DNA of 64,000 nt. It comes from Lingula anatina. Its lineage: Eukaryota > Animalia > Brachiopoda. A program made the translations under genes and the position numbers. Shown here one piece after another: positions 1 to 12,300 of the stretch. The notes under the pieces are model-generated. The model saw nothing but the letters and a program-made list of their open reading frames with translations, searched no databases and was not told the DNA's origin. Location: the NCBI GenBank assembly GCA_051362555.1, contig CM120649.1:1302001-1366000 (forward strand), given 5' to 3'. How positions within the stretch are numbered: position 1 is the first letter of the stretch; each line of letters begins with the position of its first letter.

Positions 1-1145
1 GCTGACCATTGGGATCGACCCTTCAGGACTGAAAGAAGACAGTATGCAGGGTTGTCTTATAACAAGAAATATTGCTGTCAGATATGATTTAACTGAACAG
101 CGTGAAGCTGTCAGAAATTATTTCAGTATTCTTGTACTTCATTTTGGTTCATTAGGAAGTACATGTAACATGGCTGTTGTTTGAGAGTTCAAAGTTTTAT
201 TATGAATTCAACCATTCACATTAGCAACATTTTATTATAAGTCCAGACATTCACAGAAGCAAGGCATTTTTCAAACTTATGATATCCAATGTAGCATAAC
301 AACAAGTCAGTTCATGAATTGATCTTCATTTAATTAAAAATATAGGAAAATGCACTTTTTGTATAAATAAAAGTTAACATAAAATGCAAAACATTGTTGA
401 CATTGTTGCACAATTCAATGACAGATTATCAGGGTCCCTTTCCTTTTGGTTGATAACACTGACATGAAAAATATTTCCATACTTTTAATGATGCAATGCA
501 ACATGTACATGAGCATATCAAGTCAAATCAAGTCACCATAATCTGTGAAACCTGTTTGGTATATTTTTATCTATGTCTACAGAAATGCTTGATTGAAGAC
601 TCAAATTGATATGTGCTGTGTGCAATAATTGTGTGTAGGTATGTACATATAAGTCCTTAGATGGTGTTACTAAGCAGTTTGTAATTTCATTTAGGAGAAT
701 TCCACAACTGGTGGTCAAAATTTAAAAAATGCGCAACCTAGAAGAGCTTAATCCTTTCTTGATACAGGACAGCCATCTGTTTCTTCATATCAGACCATCT
801 GTGAGAAGTGCAGCATACAAAGTATTATATTTCTTGCAAACTTTTCCATATAGCCTTTAAAAATATGAGGAAGAAAAAGTGTTTTCATTTCTTCTTGTGC
901 TTCTGCTCACAATTTTAAATAAATAGAATACCTATCCTTGTTGTTTGCAAGCTATCAGGATAACTTTAAAACGACAAATGAACAATTAAATAAACAAACA
1001 AATCCAATTAAATAACTCGTCATGCACTGAATTTCACTCTCCTGATGTTCAGATCCTGTCTCCTCAGCTGGTCACAAAGATATAGTATATTCTTTTGCTG
1101 CTTCTACCTTGTGTGCCATCTAGCTGCCTTTTGTACCTGCCACCT

Positions 1146-1146
<1 letters not shown>

Positions 1147-1188
<42 letters not shown>
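1147..1188. repeat. poly(T) tract
   Basis: Run of about 42 T; it explains the poly-Phe in ORF 1045..1386. Confidence 0.95.
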
Positions 1189-1189
<1 letters not shown>

Positions 1190-1892
1190 ATAATCAAGAT
1201 TTACTTGCACCCAATCATTCAGTGTGGCTTGGTGGGAAAATGCCAGATCAATTTCCTAAATGTAAATTAACAAAAAAAGGTAACAATAGTTATTTTTATT
1301 CATATTGTAACTTGAAATACAGTAGGAAAACACAGAATTTAACATTTTTCAAATTCATTTCATTAAGTTATATTTCAATTAAATGATACCTGAGCTAGAA
1401 TATATACTTTCAAAACAGATTTACTCTTAACACTACACCAAATCTAAAATCAAGCCACTATAACTTACAAATACACATGACACAGGTAATTGATTTAATT
1501 GGGCCAGCTGAGCTGTGTACAAATGTACATTGTACTGTAGCCTTGACACTAATTGACAATAATGCTAACCAGGTATTAAAGAGGTAGATGACAGCAGATA
1601 AAATCCAAAGAGCACCATAACTGATAACAAATTACACCCAAGCCAATGAAGAGAGCCTTTATAATGTAAGTCGAAACCTTGCCTGGGTATTTCCACACGT
1701 TTTTACAACACAGTCTCCACCCAAACTTTTTGGGTACTAGTAACATGCAGTGTACGTGCGCTCCAAACTTCTACCCCTCGGTCTTTGGTTTTCTACTTTT
1801 TTTCATTTATGGTAAAGGCTGCACTGCTGGGTCTTCATTCTTTGCTGTAAAATAAATTAGTTTTATCCTTTACTTGTCCGATGAGTCTTGAT

Positions 1893-2030
1893 TCAAAGCC
1901 ACTCCTCGGTCTCTCCTCTGTTTACGATTTCCGTCCCTACACCTTGGATTGTTACCACTGCAGGCAGTCTGTGAACGCTTGTTAAGTTAGTTATCTTCTC
2001 TCTATCATATACCCTGCAGTAATTCATCAT
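1893..2030 (-). mobile_element. Decayed THAP-domain N-terminus, probably from a DNA transposon (Harbinger/ISL2EU- or Kolobok-type)
   Basis: MMNYCRVY...SVHRLPAVVTIQG..TE....EEWL resembles the invertebrate THAP pattern C-x-V...F-x-R-L-P-x-V-I-T-x-Q-G...W-L. The second Cys is missing and the frame stops soon after. Confidence 0.4.
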
Positions 2031-4129
2031 TTTACTCGGTTTAATATCAAAGAAAACACAAAAATAAAATACTGAATTGTACATGTAGACATGATCATGC
2101 GCAGCAGACGATTCCGGTCTCCCTCCAGCATGGCTGCCGTTTGTTTTGATGACGAGGGCTACAATGGGTTAATATTTGTTCTTTTAAACCCAGTGTAAGG
2201 TTAACGCCAAATCAAAGCAAGCCTTGCAGACTGGTTTTGTTTAAACTGTCGTGCATCAAGTAAAGCTAACTAAAGCCTGTTTCTACTTCGCAGTGTTCAT
2301 CCCAGCCATAAAACTGCATGAAGGATAACAAGACTCCGTAGACCTGTGCTTCAGGTTTCCAGGAGTCCCGTGTAACACAATAATATTGAAGGCCTGAGAG
2401 TAATACATATATGAGGCCGTGTATGAAAGATTTAACAAATTAGAAATTCAAGAATTTAAACATGCTAGGTACATGCACATCACTTAATAAGTCATTTCAC
2501 AAAAATCGCATCTAATATTGTTTAGATTAACCTTTACTTTTATCGATCTCATCCCATTGTCTTAACCACCTAAAAGAAATATAGTGAACATGAGGAAAAG
2601 TAACACGTTTACATGCAGGCGAAGGAGTTATACTTCAATATTAATCGCGAACAATATCAACAGCGACTAAAGACCGTTGTCTGTCTTTCACACTTTTACA
2701 CAATCACACGAAGGTTTAATAAAGGGAGTTGCGGCGCGATATCTATCTCTTTCATTCGAACAAGCAAAGGGCTGACCCGAAGTAAGCTTTCTATACTAAT
2801 GTCCTTTTTATTGTATATTGTAATTACTCTACTTGCTCGCCTCCATTGTCTTGTAAAAGTGACAAAGAAAGTGTTGTATTCACACACGAGTTGAAAGAAC
2901 TTTGCATAACTCCTTTGCCTTAAGTTGCATAATGTCTTTCTCAAGGTTATAATTGAATATAGTCACTAGGTGCATTTCACTGAGTGTTTACAAGATCTAG
3001 CGACACATTTTATCGCCACGCGTTCTAGTTTGATTAGTTTAGAAAATTAAACAGTTACTCTGGCGGCTCTCCGTCGTTGCTATTAATCTGACATCGAATT
3101 TAGTCCAACATATTAGTAAATTCAGAATTATTAGCTAAAACGTAAATTGCGCTAATTTGTCAGATAATCAAAAATGCCGGTGATCCACGCGGAGGGTACG
3201 CTTTCCTGAAGGTAGCCGCGACGAACGGCGACGATATTTTTCTGAATAGTGAACCTTTATTAGTTACGAAAAGCCCCCTTTTCAACAGGCGCGTTTTACT
3301 AATTACTTCATGTCACAAAGTTAATTTATACAGGCAAAACTTTATTCAAGGAAATAGTTTCACGAAATGAACGAGAGTAAAATATAAGTCGGCACAAATA
3401 TAAGGCATACAACAATGAGTCATGTTATGGATCATGTTATGGGCCATGTCGGATTATAATGGCATACCTTGATGCAAAACAGTCTATCGTTTCTTCCACC
3501 GCGAGTCCCTTTATTTAATGTAATGTATTACTCATTACCCGTTTCATTTGACACTCTCTCTTTTTATCTCCCTTCCCCTTTCTCTTGTTAGAAGGAGGGT
3601 AAATAATTAAGCACTCAAAATCTGCACCACCAAACTTCAGAAAAACATAAGTCGACGAACCAGTGGGCTGATCCACAACATCCGACACAGCAGAATGAAT
3701 CAAATAACAGCTAGCACAAATTTATATGCAGTTAGCTATAGTGTCACTACATACATAATCAGCTGCACGCGCGAAGCTGTTGAACAAAAGGATAGTTCGC
3801 TACGGGAGACCGTTTGTTTACATAAGTACTCTAAGGGGGCGTGGCTACCCAGGCGACCAGGGGATTAGGCTAGTTACTATATGCCGTCAACAATCGTTTA
3901 GCGACCCAATCATTATACACTCTCTCTATTGTATTTTCCACCGTATTAATCGCAGTGTAATCTTCAAATGGTCCACGGGGTAAATGTACACATTCTTAAT
4001 CCAAGTACGGTACATCTAACACCTGCCCATTCCCATGTTATCGAAACTATAAAAAATAATAAAATAATATCAAAAAAGTCTTCAACAAAGAAGAAATGTA
4101 ATAAAAATAATAATAATAATTTATTAAAC

Positions 4130-4890
4130 CAATAAAATACAAATGTATAAAATAGGAAATCTTTTGCCCTGTAGTAGCGCCATTGAAATATAAAGAATGA
4201 ACATTAAAATTACATGTAAGAGTTAAAAATAGTTACTACCGAAGGATAAAAGCTATTTAAAAATCGCTTACTACCCTTAAAAGCCAAGAGTCTTGAATTG
4301 CTAGGTAAAAAATTAAAAAGGTTATGGGCTGGATGGGAACTGTCTGTCACTATTGATAATGTTTTCTTTTTAGTCCTGTCTAGATATAAAGTATGGACGG
4401 GAGTTAGATCTGTTCCTATTACAATCCCTGCAGTTTCGACGATCTTTTTTAACTTGTTTCTCTCCCCCACAGTTGCACGTCTATACCAAACAGTTACTGA
4501 ATAAGTTAAAATACTCTCTAAAACACACCTGTACAAGTTCATTAAAATAAACACATTTCTGGTAAAAGCTTTCAATTTCCTTAAGAAATACATTCGTTGA
4601 CGTGCCTTTTACAATACCTTCGTGATGTTATCGCCCGCAGGCTAACCTATTATTCAGCTGAATCCCTAGTAATTTATAATTAGAAACCTGTTCGACCGCT
4701 TTACCGTTAACTTCTAAGGGATTTTTACTTATCTGATTTCTTCTGATCATTTCTTTTGTTTTGCTCACATTTAATATCAAGTCATTGTCTGTGCACCAAT
4801 TTACTAAACTTGTAACCGACTACCTGTATGACATCTCATCATTATGGTGTATCAAGCCGACTAAAGTTGTGTCATCGGCAAAACTTCATT
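4130..4890 (-). mobile_element. Non-LTR retrotransposon 3' relic (RT C-terminus, L2/Rex1-Babar-like)
   Basis: Minus strand reads (F)ADDTTLVGLI...NWCTDNDLILNVSKTKEMI...VEQVSNYKLLGI, then YFLRKLKAF...LYRCVLESILTYSVTVWY...SHPAHNLFNFLPS...FLNSFYPS. Stops and frameshifts are present, with an (ATT)n-like tail near 4100. Confidence 0.85.
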
Positions 4891-5221
4891 AAAAATGTAT
4901 TTTCCTCCCTCGCCACACAGTCGTGGGTGAATAACGTATATAAACAAGGTGACTGGGGTGTGCCAGTGTTTAAAACTATTGTGTCCGAGAAGTAAAAACC
5001 GACTTTTACTGATTGTTTTCTGTTTAAAAGAAAATCTAAAATCCATGTAATTTTTTGGGTCGTAACCTAACGGTATGGACGTTTTCTGCTTGTTTTGATA
5101 ATTTTCATTTATGGGTAAACTTACAAGCTAATTAATGAACGTTTTGCTTATGAAACTGTATGTTTTAAGAGGTCCCGCGTGTGTAATTATCCTTAATGAA
5201 TAGTATTTAATTATCTCTTAC

Positions 5222-5351
5222 CTGTACACCCACTTTCTCTTAACGTTAGGTGACCTAAAAGAAGGCGTAAAACACTTCAAGCCCTTGCCAAATAAAGCTA
5301 GTTCCCTTTTGTGTGGATTTTCCTTTGTTGTCTACACAAAGAAATTGTCAT
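5222..5351 (-). other. Putative non-coding 5' exon homologous to the one upstream of gene A (15882-16003)
   Basis: Shares ordered blocks with 15875-16005: tctcttacctgta (minus-strand donor AG|GTAAGAG), aggtgacctaa, cgtaaaa, gttcc..ttttgt, tttgttgt, cataat. In-frame stops argue against coding. Confidence 0.45.
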
Positions 5352-5688
5352 AATCTATAAGGTGTCCCTCTTCGTCGTTTCAAACCGTTTCCATTTTCGC
5401 CAGTGTACTTTTTGTTTACATATTTTGGAAAATTTAAGGCCCGTTAACCAATTTGGCAAAATGTGCCTGATTTCCGCAAGTCGTCAGTAAAAATCAGATA
5501 TCTTTGTTATCTCTAGGAAGAACGCAGAACAATGAATACACTCCGAGCCAATAAAAATCCGTGGTAAAAATGCTAATTTGACCTTTGTTCTATGAACAAT
5601 GAAGTAAGGCGTGTTGTAAGATGCGTGGAGAAGGGACGGAAGAAGGCTTAGCTGAAAGGGGAAACCTCAAGAATACGAAAACAGCCCA

Positions 5689-5689
<1 letters not shown>

Positions 5690-5754
<65 letters not shown>
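5690..5754. repeat. (TA)n microsatellite
   Basis: Direct reading. Confidence 0.95.
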
Positions 5755-5757
<3 letters not shown>

Positions 5758-6539
5758 ACAGCAGGCAGATCCATGATTATTTAAAGGGGGGGGGGGGGTC
5801 CGGAACGCCAGGCCTCTGATGCAAACCTGCCATTACCCCCTTGTTGTAGGGTTCGGGGCCTGCTCAAGGACTCCCATTTTTTTTTGTTGTTGTTTTGGAG
5901 AGCAAACAATGCCCTTTTGTACGGTTTAGAACTATAATTTAGTTAGTCAAAATTCGAATTTCAACAGGGGAATATTGGTGCGATATACATGTATTTTTCA
6001 GAAACCGAAGGGGGGGGGGGAGACCCCCCTGAACCCCTCCTCCTCTAAATCTGTCACTGAGCAATATGCATGCATGTGTACTCCAAATCTGTCTTTAAAG
6101 TCCTTTATTGATCACGCGCTATAAATGCAGTGAATTGCAATATAGTGATAGCGGTGAAAACAATATAATAGGGTGATTTAAAAGTAAGTACCTGTAGCAA
6201 CATATGACGGCCAGCAGAGGGATGAAAGAGAGATTGTGGCAAAGCACCATAAATCATTATTATATACCTGTACTAGCACCTGTGATTGTGGTATAGTTTA
6301 AATATTACTTATTATTCCTAACAATGAGTATGTGATCCCCCAGATATGACAGCTTGGTAAATAAAGGTAACAAGGTGGTTTTGTCTGAGAAATACCGACA
6401 TAAATAAACTCCTGTTAAAAAAAAGACACCAAGACTCATCTGCTTATCATCTAATATATATAAGATTTATGCCTGGATGTCTGGATGAAGGACAGCCAAA
6501 AGAACAAGTACAATGTAGGTATCACAATCTTATTCACTG

Positions 6540-6660
6540 TACACCACTACTGATCACATACACACTGTAAACAAGCTCAAAGAGAAATGCTATGGATACA
6601 ACATTCCACTTTGCCTTGCCTTTGTTGACTTAGAGAAAGCCTTGGCTTTAATAGAGTCCC
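6540..6660 (+). mobile_element. RTE-clade LINE reverse transcriptase fragment
   Basis: TTTDHIHTVNKLKEKCYGYNIPLCLAFVDLEKAL matches the RTE RT motif STxDHIHTLxQxxEKxxEYNxPLCLAFxDYEKAFDS. Confidence 0.75.
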
Positions 6661-7239
6661 ATTCATCGATTGAATCACTAACAGACAAAGGATTCCAGAA
6701 TGGAAAGATTGCTATAAATGAGCAAAGCGTGTCTGTTTTCTCCATATTTAATACAGCCCTACAACCGTTGCGGCCCAAAGGCTTTATCATGAGCGCAGAC
6801 CCTAATCAAGACTCGATCACAACCGGACGCACGACTTTCAGGATTGTACGTCCCCTGCGACTTTCGGGTGTTGCGGAGGCCGTGGAGGTCGTGGAGGTTT
6901 TGCTTCCTGTTCTCCTCTCTTTGGTATTCCACCTACCTTTTTTCTACTATGTAAACTTCTTTCTCTTGCCTTTGGAGGCATATTAAAAATTAAAACGAGC
7001 AAAAATTTGAAAATTGTGAAAATTGCTGTACACGTTACACAGTCGACGTTCATTGTAAAGACACGAGCGTGCGTCGTGCGCACGCCTTTTATACACCAGG
7101 CGAGGGGGTGACGCGCTTGCGACACATCCCCGGTGTGCCCTCGACTTTGTTCGTAAGTTGTGAGGGCGTGCGCCTTACTTAACACGCAAAGGGCACTTGC
7201 TCCTCCATTGCTTGCGACGTGCATCTTGTACAACGCGCG

Positions 7240-7428
7240 GGAGCAAGTTACGCTTGCGGCCTCGCTGTTCGCAGGCTGTTCGTAGAATCTTTTTGACATG
7301 TCCAACATCATCCGTGCTAACGGGCTGTCTGCGAACTCAAACTTTCGTAAGAAGGACTTGCGTGGGACTTGAAATTCTATGCAAAATTTGGACGCAAACA
7401 GCCCGTACGGCTGGTTGTGACCAAGGCT
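7240..7428. mobile_element. PIF/Harbinger-like transposon end, with a second copy at about 17497-17686
   Basis: gagcaagttacgcttgcggc...ttggacgcaaacagcccgta...ggttgtgacc(a/g)ag occurs at both loci with high similarity. GC-rich sequence at about 6750-7240 probably belongs to the same element. Superfamily assignment is inferred. Confidence 0.6.
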
Positions 7429-7684
7429 TCAAATACAAAGGGGGTCAAAACTGTTTATTCCTGGCGCCATTGACAGTGGAGTGACTGAATTTTAAGGCAT
7501 CTGCTTTTCCCCAATGACACAACTACATGTATATCCATATATCTAGGACTTGTGGGAGATATGCTGGTAATAACAACGTGGTAGCGTTTTGCCACAGGCA
7601 CCAATCTTAACACCTAAACGTCGGCGGACTTGGCAACGAAGGCGGGGCTAAGTCCGCCCTGCGGCGCCGATGTGTGGAATATAA

Positions 7685-8449
7685 TCAAAATATAATTAAA
7701 CCATAGAAAAAATGCCACACAGAGAAATAGTGCTTCACACATATGTAAAGGAGTGTGCCCTTTACATCGGTGTTTGTATATTCACCTGGAGGCTCTACCG
7801 TTTCATCCTGCCTTTGTGAAGAGTCATGTGTACTTCCACTTGGGATTTCATCTATTTTATCGAACCCCTGAAAACTGACGTTTGTATATCTACTTGTATC
7901 ACTTCTGGTATTCCCACTTAGATGTTCTGCTGTTCTACCGCGTCCCCGATCACTGACATTTGTATTTTTACTTGTGGTATCCCCTGCTTCATCGCGTCCC
8001 TGATTACTAGCGTTTGTATTTTCACTTGGAGGCTCTGCTGCTTCATCGCATCCCTGATCACCAATGTTTGTATGTCCATCTGGAGGCACTGCCGATTCAT
8101 CGTGCCTCTGAGAAGACTTATGAGTACATCCACTTGGAATTTCCTCTGTTTTATCAAGCCCCTGAAAACTGACGTTTGTATATCCACTTATGCCATTCTC
8201 TCTTTGGACGCGGTCTTGAGAGCTGGCATTTGCATTTTCCGTTGGGAATTGTTCTACTTGTCGACATTTGTCGCAGTAAAGACACAGCAAAGTTATAAAT
8301 ATAATAACCAAAGACAATTACGGTAGAATAAAAAATAGACAAAGAAATTGAAAAGCAGCCTCAGAATCATGTCGAGTTAATATAAGCGGGGGATAAGTCG
8401 TAAATTTAAGTTCTTCTACTGGAATATGAGGGACTACATTAAATATCCC
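7685..8449 (-). pseudogene. Truncated third paralog (copy C) of the beta-helix multi-TM receptor, covering TM3, the large loop and part of TM4
   Basis: Colinear with gene A about 10813-11563 (SLVIIFITLLCLYCDKC...KHYFSVWHFFYG). Both ends are joined to unrelated or flank sequence. Confidence 0.9.
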
Positions 8450-9325
8450 GTCTGGGTAAAACACTGAACCGCGTGGCTTTCTTTACTGAGGTCAGATTTC
8501 ACCTGTACCGCTGAACTGGTCAAAACAGAGTTTACAGGCATCATGAAGAGGCCTACGACAAGGCGTGTGCCACTTCTTAAATGACTAGGGTCAATGACAG
8601 CGTCACTATTTGGAGTGGATACAGCACTGGAGCCAAAACATTGATGGAAATCGTCGACGAAAACCTGAACCAGATCAAATAAATGATACTCTGGGAACCA
8701 CTTGGCCATCATTTGATAGGGGCCAGTTTATAGGAACAATTTTAGGTTGCACGGTGAGATTGCCGGTTCACACAGAGCAATTTTAATAGCAGATTACTTA
8801 CAGAACCAAGGAAATTAGCAGTTACCTTGGTCATCAATATCGCCATATTTGTACCACATAGACAATATGTGGGTAGGTCATTACTCGCAGAATCAACCAA
8901 ATTGGACAAGTTTTAACCGTTGCCTGGAATTTGATTCCAGAATAAACTCTAAAAACCTACCCTTAAGAATGCCTTGCCGCTTGAAAACTTTGGTAGCAGC
9001 AAGACGAAGTCTTGCGTAACAGCGACCATTGCTGTGACTAGACATTGACATGAGGGGCCTTTGTGGGGCGTGTAACTCTTTTAAAGACGATAATTTGGAA
9101 AATATGGAGATCCAAAATATCGCTTTCAATTGTTGTCGTATGACTTAAAATAGGCGATGTATTTTTGTTTGCTTCACTGGCGAATTTGATTAATGAACTG
9201 ATTTCACAATGACATTGAACAAATTAGAAAAAGTTTTTAAAACACGATTTTAATACTTATTTTTATTTATTAGTCAGCAAAATAGGAAAAACTCATTAAT
9301 TATGATTTGGAGAAAATATTCCATA
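8450..9325. repeat. Segmental duplicate of the gene B 3' flank (about 20030-20875)
   Basis: Near-identical non-coding sequence, differing by two short indels and scattered substitutions. The identical spurious ORFs 8434/20004 and 8893/20443 reflect this duplication. Confidence 0.95.
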
Positions 9326-12300
9326 TTAAATGCCAAGTCTATATAAATTTAGAATCTTAATTATGAAGTAAAAAAGCAGTTGTTCACAGTATCTAACCAA
9401 ACACGCACAAACACACCTTAATATAAGGAGAACACACATGAACAAAGGGAAAAACAAAAGAGCTAGTTGTGCTTTATCAGCAGCTATTAACACCTCCTCA
9501 CTAATAGCCAGTGGATGCCCAGTACCGAAATCTCCAACTTGAATAGCGTTTAACGCGCCGACTATTACCAAAGTTAAACTAGACAAGCCATATACTATAT
9601 TGGCATAAGGGTACTTAAATGGTCGTGTCCAGGTTACAAAGAACAGATGGGCGCCACTGAGAGATATAAGGATAGGTATTCTTACCGCCTGGTTATTCAA
9701 AGTAACTTTGCTCACCGTGGTAAATATAAAGAGATATAACATTTCAAAACCTTCCCAAGCCGACAAAAGAAAACCGTGGAGGCAGGCTGTATTAAATCCG
9801 CACGTACATGTACATGTACAGTCGTTTTGATTGATTTTCTGTTCAGAACTTTGACCCTCTACATTTTCCTCATTTTTCTGTTCATCCTTTCGACCTTCTT
9901 GTGCAATGTCGTCAAATATCGTTGTGATACAGGCCATAAGTAACTTCGGTGGACATTGGCACTTACGCTTACAACGGCATTTGAAGAAGCAAGACATAAT
10001 AAGCATCATAAGGCCAAGCGGCAATGTAGGTAGTCCAGGAAGGATACACAAAGAAAACCGAATTACAGGTAATTCCTGTTTACATTTTTCCTCACATGGA
10101 CATTGATGACAGCAGTCATTTCGATCACAGTCTTTCTCACGTGGACATCTATGACAGCAGTCATTCCGATCACAGTCTTTCTCACGTGGACATCTATGAC
10201 AGCAGTCATTCCGATCACAGTCTTTCTCACGTGGACATCTATGACAGCAGTCATTCCGATCACAGTCTTTCTCACGTGGACATCTATGACAGCAGTCATT
10301 CCGATCACAGTCTTTCTCACGTGGACATCTATGACAGCAGTCATTCCGATCACAGTCTTTCTCACGTGGACATCTATGGCAGCAGTCATTCCGATCACGG
10401 TCTTTCTCACGTGGACATCTATGACAGCAGTCATTCCGATCACAGTCTTTCTCACGTGGACATCTATGACAGCAGTCATTCCGATCACAGTCTTTCTCAC
10501 GTGGACATCTATGACAGCAGTCATTCCGATCACAGTCTTTCTCACGTGGACATCTATGACAGCAGTCATTTCGATCACAGTCTTTCTCACGTGGACATCT
10601 ATGACAGCAGTCAATTCGATCACAAACCTTCTCACATCGATTATATGATAAATACATAACAACAAAAGGGTAACACCCTAGAAATACAATTAACCAAACA
10701 CTGACGCCAATCAAATGATCATTTGTCGAAGATATGGTACCATTAGTAAATTCCCTATATAACCCCTTCTCGGCATATGTAGGGACGAGGACGCTTACAA
10801 ACGTAGGGGTAATAAAACCATAGAAAAAATGCCACACAGAGAAATAGTGCTTCACACATATGTAAAGGAATGTGCCCTTTTCATCGGTGTTTGTATGTTC
10901 ACCTGGAGACTCTACCGTTTCATCATGCATTTGTGAAGAGTCATGTGTACTTCCACTTGGAATTTCCTCTATTTTATTGAACCCCTGAAAACTGACGTTT
11001 GTATATCTACTTGTATCACTTCTGGTATTCCCATTTAGATGTTCTGCTGTTCTACCGCGTCCCTGATCACTGACATTTGTATTTTTACTTGGGGTATCTC
11101 CTGCTTCATCGCGTCCCTGATTACTACCGTTCATATTTTCACTTGGAGGTTCTGCTGCTTCATCGCATCCCTGATCACCAATGTTTGTATGTCCATCTGG
11201 AGGCACTGCCGATTCATCGTGCCTCTGAGAAGTGTTATGAGTACATCCACTTGGAATTTCCTCTGTTTTTTCAAGCCCCTGAAAACTGACGTTTATATAT
11301 CCACTTATACCATTCTCTCTTTGGACGCGGTCTTGAGAGCTAGCGTTTGCATCTTCCGTTGGGAATTGTTCTACTTGCTGACATTTGTCGCAGTAAAGAC
11401 ACAGCAAAGTTATAAATATAATAACCAAAGACAATAACGGTAGAATAAAAAGTAGACAAAGAAATTGAAAAGCAGCCTCAGAATCATGTCGAGTTAATAT
11501 AAGCGGGGGATAAGTGGTAAATTGAAGTTCTGGAATATGAGGGACCACATTAAATATCCCGTCATTGACTTCATATGCAAAGAAAGTAGGATAAAAGAAG
11601 AATACGATATTTTGCAGGGTTGCAAAAAGTGAAGGTTTGCTTTTCTTGCGGCAAGCCTCGTATTTCTTGCAGACTTCGAGACATTTGCCTTTGAGTTTCT
11701 TCTCGAGACATCTAAACAAATAAAACCCATAGTATACCAGTGTTGTTAAGATAGGGACAATTATTATGATAAAAATCAAATAACCCAGGGATGACCTCAA
11801 TAAATCATTTGGATAACACCTGTCTGTAACTTTAAAGGCATCAAAGAATCTAAAGGCCAGTGAAAACCCTTCTTTACATTGGCCACATGCAGTGCCTTCA
11901 CGGTCCCCGCTACACGATTGTGGATTGTCACAAATGTACTGACCGCAACATCTATTGGGTTTGCATGATATGCATGTAAAACGTTTCTTAGTGCCAAACT
12001 GTTCCTGGAAGCACCAGTTATTGTGGCGTGAATGTATATCCCCATTACTGCAGTAACCACCACCAGGACACTCTAGGCATTCAAGGTCAGTCCTACTGAT
12101 CACGGCATGATCAGACATTTGGGCAGCATCCAGCGTGTAGGTGGTCCCAGGACACATGTGACAGTGGAAAACGTTCACATGGGCAAATGGCATGGTCGTA
12201 TTCTGAATAGAGTTGTATTTAACGGGACACATAATCTTCGAGCCATGGAGAAGTTCAATGTAATGTTTGGGCTTGTAACCTTGAACAAGGGGTTCTCTCG

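Noticed and set aside
1-130. Possible Harbinger transposase C-terminus (RNIAVRY...QREAVRNYF)
   Set aside because: Too short and degenerate to support.
1640-1690. Hammerhead/Penelope-like tgaaga...gaaac motif
   Set aside because: The core lacks the first C of CUGANGA and stem II pairs poorly; at most a decayed relic.
8434-9129. Two short ORFs conserved at 20004 and 20443
   Set aside because: Conservation is explained by the recent duplication of the 3' flank; no recognisable motifs, and TTG-type starts in a eukaryote.
10063-10665. Long overlapping ORFs in other frames and a CRISPR-like look of the 45-bp array
   Set aside because: Units are contiguous with no unique spacers and there are no cas genes. 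The alternative ORFs are by-products of a stop-free repeat whose length is a multiple of 3.
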